Shown piece after piece: positions 58,612-64,000 of a DNA stretch of 64,000 nt (position 1 is its first letter; the number at the start of each line of letters is the position of its first letter). The stretch spans positions 22,763-86,762 of IMG/VR virus record IMGVR_UViG_3300033066_001904; one strand, given 5' to 3'. A model generated the notes under the pieces. The model did no database searches and had not been told where the DNA came from. It saw nothing but the letters and a program-made list of their open reading frames with translations. A program made the translations under genes and the position numbers. Origin of the DNA: a virus. Lineage: Duplodnaviria; Caudoviricetes.

Positions 58612-59605
58612 CTATTTCTACTCCTGCATCATCTGCTTTTAGATCTGATTCAATATCTCTCATAGATTGTTCTACCCAATGTTTTTGTTGAGAAGTTAAT
58701 CTATTATTAAGCATATTTTCAATAAATATTAAAAATTCGTGATCATCCAATTTATATATTTCTGTAAATAGTAGTTCTCTTATACGAGGATCATCATAGT
58801 TACTATTTACAAATAAATTATTAATAGCATCGTATATAAACTTGCCATAACGAGTGTCTTCAGGTTCATTGTCTAGTCGATCAACATGTTGAACAATTTG
58901 TTTATTTTTTTCTTTGTCAGCTCCAAATCCTTGTAATGAAACTATTTCATATAATCCTTTTACTATTTCATGGACTAAATAAGGAAAACACAATGCACGT
59001 GCTGTTATAGTTAAGACCCCAGTTTCAGCGTCAAAATCAGCATCTGATGATCCACCTTCTTGTTTCATCCCATTAGCTAACATGGCTAACATCATAGCAA
59101 TGGCATTATCATCATCAAATACTCCAAAAGTAACATTCAATAATTCTCTATATTTTTCTAACAGACTAGGATCAATAGCATCTAGGTATTCTCTAAACAG
59201 TAAAAAAGTATATGCTCCTCTTACAGACGCTCCTTGTGTAATACCGTTAATTATGCGACGTTTAAAATTTTCAGGCATTTCATCTCCACCTTCAATTTTT
59301 TCTCCGCCATCCATATCAAGATTTATTTCTCCTTGATCTACAATTTTAGCATCAATTTCTATACCGGTATAGTCTATTATGGGAAAATTATCTTTAACAA
59401 TTTGAACTGCTATCATTTCTAACTCATCTCTATATTCATATTCGAATTCTACAAGTTGCTCCAAAAGTTGCATATTAGTTACCAATGCTTGTCGCAATGT
59501 TTTATTACCCCACATTTGACGTAAAGATTCACCAGATTTACCTTTAAGTGAGGCTATGGTTTCTGGTGAAAATATTTTATCGTATTGAACTTCTTTTAAA
59601 TTCAT
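58598..59605 (-). CDS. acidic hypothetical protein
   Basis: 335-aa ORF; KRRIINGITQG, FPYLVHEIVKG. Confidence 0.7.
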   Translation of the reverse strand: MNLKEVQYDKIFSPETIASLKGKSGESLRQMWGNKTLRQALVTNMQLLEQLVEFEYEYRDELEMIAVQIVKDNFPIIDYTGIEIDAKIVDQGEINLDMDGGEKIEGGDEMPENFKRRIINGITQGASVRGAYTFLLFREYLDAIDPSLLEKYRELLNVTFGVFDDDNAIAMMLAMLANGMKQEGGSSDADFDAETGVLTITARALCFPYLVHEIVKGLYEIVSLQGFGADKEKNKQIVQHVDRLDNEPEDTRYGKFIYDAINNLFVNSNYDDPRIRELLFTEIYKLDDHEFLIFIENMLNNRLTSQQKHWVEQSMRDIESDLKADDAGVEIDDDF

Positions 59606-59838
59606 TTTCCTTTTAATTTTTGATAGCGTTTAGTAATAGCATTAACAATATCTGCTTCTTTTAACCCAGCTTTAGGTCTAGTTTTGGGAGCATCATGAGG
59701 TGGTGTTAAAGGGCGTCTTACTGGTGGATTTTTGGGTTTTGTTCCCGGAGTAACTTTAGGTTTTGGTTTTGTTGTCGGTTCAGCCATTAACTCGTTAATC
59801 GCTTTACGTACTAATTGGCGTAATTCTTGTATATTCAT
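59602..59838 (-). CDS. small Pro/Lys-rich protein
   Basis: MNIQELRQLVRKAINE then a PTTKPKPK low-complexity stretch. Confidence 0.65.
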   Translation of the reverse strand: MNIQELRQLVRKAINELMAEPTTKPKPKVTPGTKPKNPPVRRPLTPPHDAPKTRPKAGLKEADIVNAITKRYQKLKGK

Positions 59839-59873
59839 AATTATTTTAGTTCATGTATATAAATATCGAAAAA

Positions 59874-59898
59874 AATGGACTCCTAAGTGAAGTCCATT
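59874..59898 (-). terminator. rho-independent terminator
   Basis: AATGGACTTC...GGAGTCCATT followed by a T run on the minus strand. Confidence 0.75.
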
Positions 59899-59919
59899 AA
59901 TACATTAATATTATTATTA

Positions 59920-60477
59920 TTATGATTCTAGATCATCATCTGATAATGATGCTAATCTTGCTTGAATATCTGGAGATATGCTTCTACCTCTTTTTAGAGT
60001 ACCTAAAGCTCTACCTTTTATTTGTTCTAATTCTTCAGGTTCAAATAATGCAACTTGTTCAGGTGAAGGTTGGAAATTAGGATCTGTTTTATACCCATTA
60101 TAAATTTCTTCTGCAGCAATTGCTTTAGCACTTTTAGGGCGACCTTTAATACCTGATGTTGGTGGTTTTTCTTTTTTAGGAACTACCGTTTCTCCTCTAG
60201 TTATTACACCAGCTGCTAACAATTTACCAAATGGTGGATTTATGTGGGCTACTTGTGAATATCCATAAAAATTTGCTATATCCTCAATAGTTGAATTTGG
60301 ATGTTTTTGCAAATATTTAATAATCATTTGTGTTTTAGATGAGTTTTGCCATTGTGCTTCAACTTTTTCTAAATTTTCTAGATTCCCAATAGAATATCTT
60401 GATGCAATACGAGCCATTTCTTGCATTCTAGCCTGAACTGTCTCTTTTATTAATTCTCTAAGTTGTGAACGAGTCAT
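59920..60477 (-). CDS. winged-HTH-like protein with AT-hook-like motif
   Basis: MQEMAR...IEDIANFYGYSQVAHINPPFGKLLAAGVI; KGRPKS. Confidence 0.55.
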   Translation of the reverse strand: MTRSQLRELIKETVQARMQEMARIASRYSIGNLENLEKVEAQWQNSSKTQMIIKYLQKHPNSTIEDIANFYGYSQVAHINPPFGKLLAAGVITRGETVVPKKEKPPTSGIKGRPKSAKAIAAEEIYNGYKTDPNFQPSPEQVALFEPEELEQIKGRALGTLKRGRSISPDIQARLASLSDDDLES

Positions 60478-60526
60478 GTAGTATATACTTTATCAATAAA
60501 TATTGATTCTTTTGAAAAGAAATCAA

Positions 60527-61945
60527 TTATTTGGCTTTAATTTGAGATGGATCTGTATATGTTATAATACGAGGTGTTGAAATAGTGGAAATTTTTATAC
60601 TTGGGTCAAACTTTCTTTTTAAAAACGATTCTAATTTTTTTACACTTTCCGCATCTGATAAAAATAATTTTGTTAATTTGTAAGATTTAATTGAATAACC
60701 ACCGTTTTTTAATTCATCTGTAAAATTTATATAAAAATTATCAGCTATCCAAGATCGTAAAGATTGTCCGGGGGTTGGTTGATAAATTTTAGCTGTAGTT
60801 TTACCTTTAGGTGAAGGATAATATATTAAAATTTTACTAAAAGTGTCAATTTTATTTGGTTTTGAAGTGATTGTTGCTTTTGGAAATATGCTTTTTATGT
60901 ATAAAGAATATTTTTCTAGAACTTTTTTATTAGTTGAATCTATTACTGAACGTCTGTAACTTAATAAGTTTTGATTAATATCTGAATGGATATATAATTT
61001 CATTTTGTCATAAATAGATATAAGATTAGCCACGTTGATTTCATAAAGTGTTCCTTTATCGGAAATTTTATGCTTTGGAGTTATAAGTTTACGATAAGAT
61101 AAATCATTAGTCTCTAGCACCCATGAATTAAACGTCATTCCTCTGTGGTATGGAGAAAAAACACGCTCCGGAGATTTGATGTCAATATGGTATAATTTAT
61201 GATAGTCGGTTGGAATGTTTATACCTATTTCATCTAGTTGAAACTTTTCATAGTGAAATAAATTATTAGCTGGTTTACCGATCCAAATTGCTCCACTATC
61301 TTCTATTACAAATAACCTATCTCCATCTTTCTGTGCTTGTCCTAATTCTTCGTTGTATGTTAACAACATTCCTATATCAAATAGATTTTGACTAATAGTA
61401 TTATCAATTACAGAGTATGAATGTAATTTTCCGGTAGGATCTGGTACAAAATCATATTTTCCTAAATTATTTTTAGCCATAGTTCCTGCTCTAAGAGCTG
61501 ATGTCCATCCTAATCCTGATACATATGTAATATATTTATAATGTTCTTTTCTCATTATAGGGATAATATTATTTATATTTTCCTGTATGAGAGGATAATA
61601 TTCTTGTGGTAAGTTTCCTTTGCCTGGTAAAATCACACCAATTTCATTTAGAGAAAATTTATTTCTGGCTAAAACATGTCCATCATTTACAATATCAATA
61701 ATATCTTGTGGTGTAAGATTATTACCTGATGGTCCTTTTAGCAGATCATATTTAGCTAAACGCATTAATATTTTTATCTGTAGAGATAAATTAAGATCAT
61801 CTATATCATGGAAAACTATATTAATATCTATACCATCTGGATATTCATGTATAACTTCTCCAACATATTTGTCACTAGATCCATCATCTTCTGGAGTTGA
61901 AGATGGTTCTTCAATGGATTTTATTAAAAAGTCGGTATAGTTCAT
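60527..61945 (-). CDS. polyprotein-like ORF with two internal EIG tags
   Basis: SLNEIGVILP and QLDEIGINIP. Confidence 0.65.
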   Translation of the reverse strand: MNYTDFLIKSIEEPSSTPEDDGSSDKYVGEVIHEYPDGIDINIVFHDIDDLNLSLQIKILMRLAKYDLLKGPSGNNLTPQDIIDIVNDGHVLARNKFSLNEIGVILPGKGNLPQEYYPLIQENINNIIPIMRKEHYKYITYVSGLGWTSALRAGTMAKNNLGKYDFVPDPTGKLHSYSVIDNTISQNLFDIGMLLTYNEELGQAQKDGDRLFVIEDSGAIWIGKPANNLFHYEKFQLDEIGINIPTDYHKLYHIDIKSPERVFSPYHRGMTFNSWVLETNDLSYRKLITPKHKISDKGTLYEINVANLISIYDKMKLYIHSDINQNLLSYRRSVIDSTNKKVLEKYSLYIKSIFPKATITSKPNKIDTFSKILIYYPSPKGKTTAKIYQPTPGQSLRSWIADNFYINFTDELKNGGYSIKSYKLTKLFLSDAESVKKLESFLKRKFDPSIKISTISTPRIITYTDPSQIKAK

Positions 61946-62379
61946 GGAATCATTTTAAATTCACCCGCTTTTACGGGTATTATTAGGCGTATTCTGTCTT
62001 GTACAGATACTTTTACTCTACCTGGACCACATACTTTATCAAAGTATGATTGAATTTTTTGTTTTACAATTTTACGTATAGACTGTACAGGTTTGATATA
62101 AGTAGATTTAAAATTAGGATCTCTTCTTCGACTAAATTTATCTCTATAATATTCATTCCATCCTAGTCCTATTTTTCTATACCCTAAACCATAAAATTTA
62201 TATGAATACCCACCTATTACTTTATCAGTATATGCTAAGTTCAGCTGATTTTTTTCATACCATGTTTTCATAGTATCATTTTCATCAGGATCTATAAATG
62301 TTTCAGGATATATTTTATATAAAAATTTATTAGGATCATTAATACCTATTTCTTGTAAAATTTGTTCAAACATTATCAT
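61942..62379 (-). CDS. EIGxNxP-tagged protein
   Basis: Starts MIMFEQILQEIGINDP. Confidence 0.7.
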   Translation of the reverse strand: MIMFEQILQEIGINDPNKFLYKIYPETFIDPDENDTMKTWYEKNQLNLAYTDKVIGGYSYKFYGLGYRKIGLGWNEYYRDKFSRRRDPNFKSTYIKPVQSIRKIVKQKIQSYFDKVCGPGRVKVSVQDRIRLIIPVKAGEFKMIP

Positions 62380-63665
62380 GATAATAAATATTCTGCAACA
62401 TATATTCCTTGTGCACCACTTATTGTAATACCTCTAGCACTTAGAGCATCTCCAACAAAATGAACATTAGGGTATTGTTTTAGAGCTAAATTTTGATAAT
62501 CAACTAAAGGTTCTGGGGAAAGATACTTGACCTCGGGTATATAAATGCCCCAATCGTTTTCAAATTCAAAAACTTTATTCATATCTGAAATGAAATTAAT
62601 AATATAGTCTGCATACTTACGACCAAATATGTCATAAACATGAAAAACATCTATTAATTGATAAGCTTTTACAGGTATACCCTCAGATGTTTGTGATGGA
62701 TATCGAGTAACATTAGGTGAATAGTAAAAACCCTTTTCACCTGCTTGGGATTTTTTAACAATTTCTCGAGAGAATTCGAATGGATTATCAATTCCTTTAA
62801 TTTCCATTAAAATTCCAAAATTAGTCATATCATTACGCTTGGATTCATCTTTAAGAGCATGACCGTTATATGAAACGTTACCATATGTTTCTTCTACTGC
62901 CACATAAGCAGCATTGTTATTAGTACAAAAAGTACGTAATGATACATCTTCAAATTTTTGGTATAATTTAAAATCATATGAAATATCTATTAAACGTTGA
63001 AAATATTTTTGTGGAGCTTCGAAACGAACACCAATCTGAACAGATTTTGGTTCGGTTTCTAGCGAATAGTCTTTTATTAATTTTTGGGAAAAATCGATTC
63101 CTGATTTTCCTGTTGCATAAATGAGATGGTCATATGGTAATTGAAATGCGTCAAAATATATTTTTTGTTTATTAAAATCTATACTTTTAACCTCAGTTTC
63201 CCATTCAAAATTCACTCCCTTTTCAATTAAGTAGTCGTACCAATTTTTTCCTATTTGTACTAGATAATCACTTCCTATATGATATACTGGAAATAATCTT
63301 AAATTAAAGTGCGGTTTAATAAAATCTGGTTCTGCTTTTGGGTCAGATTTCAGTATTGAAGATGGATTTGGGTGAAATCTAGTTACCATTTGTATAACTT
63401 GATCCATCAATTGGTATGCTTTTTCTTCTCCGCAATATTTTGATAATTGACCACCAATTGCTGTGTGATATGTTAGTTTACCGTCTGAGAAAAGACCAGC
63501 TCCAAATCCTCCACACATTACTTCTTCTGGAAGTCTATTATATGGGTCTTTTCCTTTATCTAAAACTGTAATTAGATCCCCGGGGTAATTATTATCTATA
63601 AGTTTAGTAACTAAACACATTCCTGCTACTCCACCTCCTATTATAGTTATTTTTGATTTTTTCAT
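62376..63665 (-). CDS. FAD-dependent oxidoreductase (HI0933/YhiN-like); likely start MKKSK at 63665
   Basis: IIGGGVAG Rossmann motif, GGFGAGLFSDGKL, ATGKSG, FVGDALSARGI. Confidence 0.85.
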   Translation of the reverse strand: MKKSKITIIGGGVAGMCLVTKLIDNNYPGDLITVLDKGKDPYNRLPEEVMCGGFGAGLFSDGKLTYHTAIGGQLSKYCGEEKAYQLMDQVIQMVTRFHPNPSSILKSDPKAEPDFIKPHFNLRLFPVYHIGSDYLVQIGKNWYDYLIEKGVNFEWETEVKSIDFNKQKIYFDAFQLPYDHLIYATGKSGIDFSQKLIKDYSLETEPKSVQIGVRFEAPQKYFQRLIDISYDFKLYQKFEDVSLRTFCTNNNAAYVAVEETYGNVSYNGHALKDESKRNDMTNFGILMEIKGIDNPFEFSREIVKKSQAGEKGFYYSPNVTRYPSQTSEGIPVKAYQLIDVFHVYDIFGRKYADYIINFISDMNKVFEFENDWGIYIPEVKYLSPEPLVDYQNLALKQYPNVHFVGDALSARGITISGAQGIYVAEYLLS

Positions 63666-63669
63666 TTTT

Positions 63670-64000
63670 TTATCTATATTTAAATTTAAATCCATGGCAT
63701 GTTTTTTGGCGACCATTACAACAATCCTTAATTTGTTTATCTACATTTTTTGAAATTAACGGATTTTTTTCTAAAAGAAAATTTTTAGCTTCTCTCAAAC
63801 AAGGGAAAGATTCAATAAAATTATTATATAAATCAAAACATTCAACTATTTTTCCTTTAGATTCTAAATTTGCTTTAGAAATATTTTTAATATGTTCTTT
63901 AGTAAATAGTTTGATCTTACCTTTATTTCCTTTACTTATTTTATCTTTAATTTCTTTAGTATAATATTTTGAATGATCATTTTTATTTAAAGAGTTTTTT
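63670..64000 (-). CDS. C-terminal NUMOD3/NUMOD1 part of a third homing endonuclease (partial)
   Basis: Hand translation: TKEIKDKISKGNKG...VECFDLYNNFIESFPCLREAK...IKDCCNGRQKTCHGFKFKYR*. Confidence 0.8.
   Translation of the reverse strand, partial: KNSLNKNDHSKYYTKEIKDKISKGNKGKIKLFTKEHIKNISKANLESKGKIVECFDLYNNFIESFPCLREAKNFLLEKNPLISKNVDKQIKDCCNGRQKTCHGFKFKYR

Larger units (their letters stand above)
8232..62391 (-). promoter_or_regulatory. recurrent ATATTTAT motif upstream of gene starts (candidate late promoter); coordinates span first to last copy
   Basis: Plus-strand ATAAATAT at 8232, 10321, 22091, 24203, 25220, 25470, 26043, 27810, 28398, 37634, 38822, 40944, 43951, 48458, 50389, 52005, 53754, 59859, 60496, 62384; mostly 5-26 nt from an ATG. 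Confidence 0.6.

Noticed and set aside
18882-62379. EIG tag DNA as a CRISPR array, integron attC site or DGR repeat
   Set aside because: Copies are dispersed, in frame and vary synonymously; no regular spacing, palindromic att structure, integrase or reverse transcriptase in the window
63666-63716. Extended N-terminus MVAKKHAMDL... of the oxidoreductase
   Set aside because: Overlaps the endonuclease C-terminus; the Rossmann motif fits a start at 63665
4891-63964. All plus-strand ORFs in the track (e.g. 7244..7645, 12278..12691, 43278..43661, 51428..51862, 53768..54196, 63653..63964)
   Set aside because: Antisense to well-supported minus-strand genes, Ser/Phe/Ile-rich shadow composition, no motifs
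1-64000. Stop-codon reassignment (TAG or TGA recoding)
   Set aside because: Core genes are full length under the standard code, and TAA, TGA and TAG all terminate genes
1-64000. tRNA or rRNA genes
   Set aside because: Intergenic gaps are short and AT-rich; no cloverleaf or T-loop signature seen

Overview
A 64-kb, very AT-rich segment of a large T4-like myovirus; every credible gene is on the minus strand. Bacteroidota-type promoter elements, mostly Shine-Dalgarno-free A-rich leaders and a Gln after a signal-peptide cleavage site suggest a Bacteroidota host (inference). From right to left it holds: head assembly (terminase, portal, prohead protease, scaffold, gp23-like capsid), neck, tail fibres, sheath, tube, chaperone, tape measure and baseplate genes, then a replication block (short divergent PolA, gp32-like SSB, RecA/UvsX, 5'-3' exonuclease, DnaB-like helicase, class II RNR), then a 7-deazaguanine cluster (QueD, a TGT/DpdA-like transglycosylase, QueC, and a QueE at 1-746 that the ORF track missed because it runs off the window). 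Three freestanding homing endonuclease genes are present, one partial. The standout feature is a dispersed family of 13 ORFs carrying 17 copies of a peptide tag, M-I-(K/T)-F-x-x-I-L-x-E|I-G-(V/I)-N-x-P. The tag sits at N-termini and also internally between modules of apparent polyproteins. It is fused to highly variable payloads, one of them a minimal protein-kinase-like domain, and the genes are slotted into junctions between core virion genes. It resembles the T4 capsid-targeting sequence plus a gp21 cleavage site, which suggests a modular system for packaging and injecting effector proteins. No tRNA, rRNA or CRISPR array was seen.
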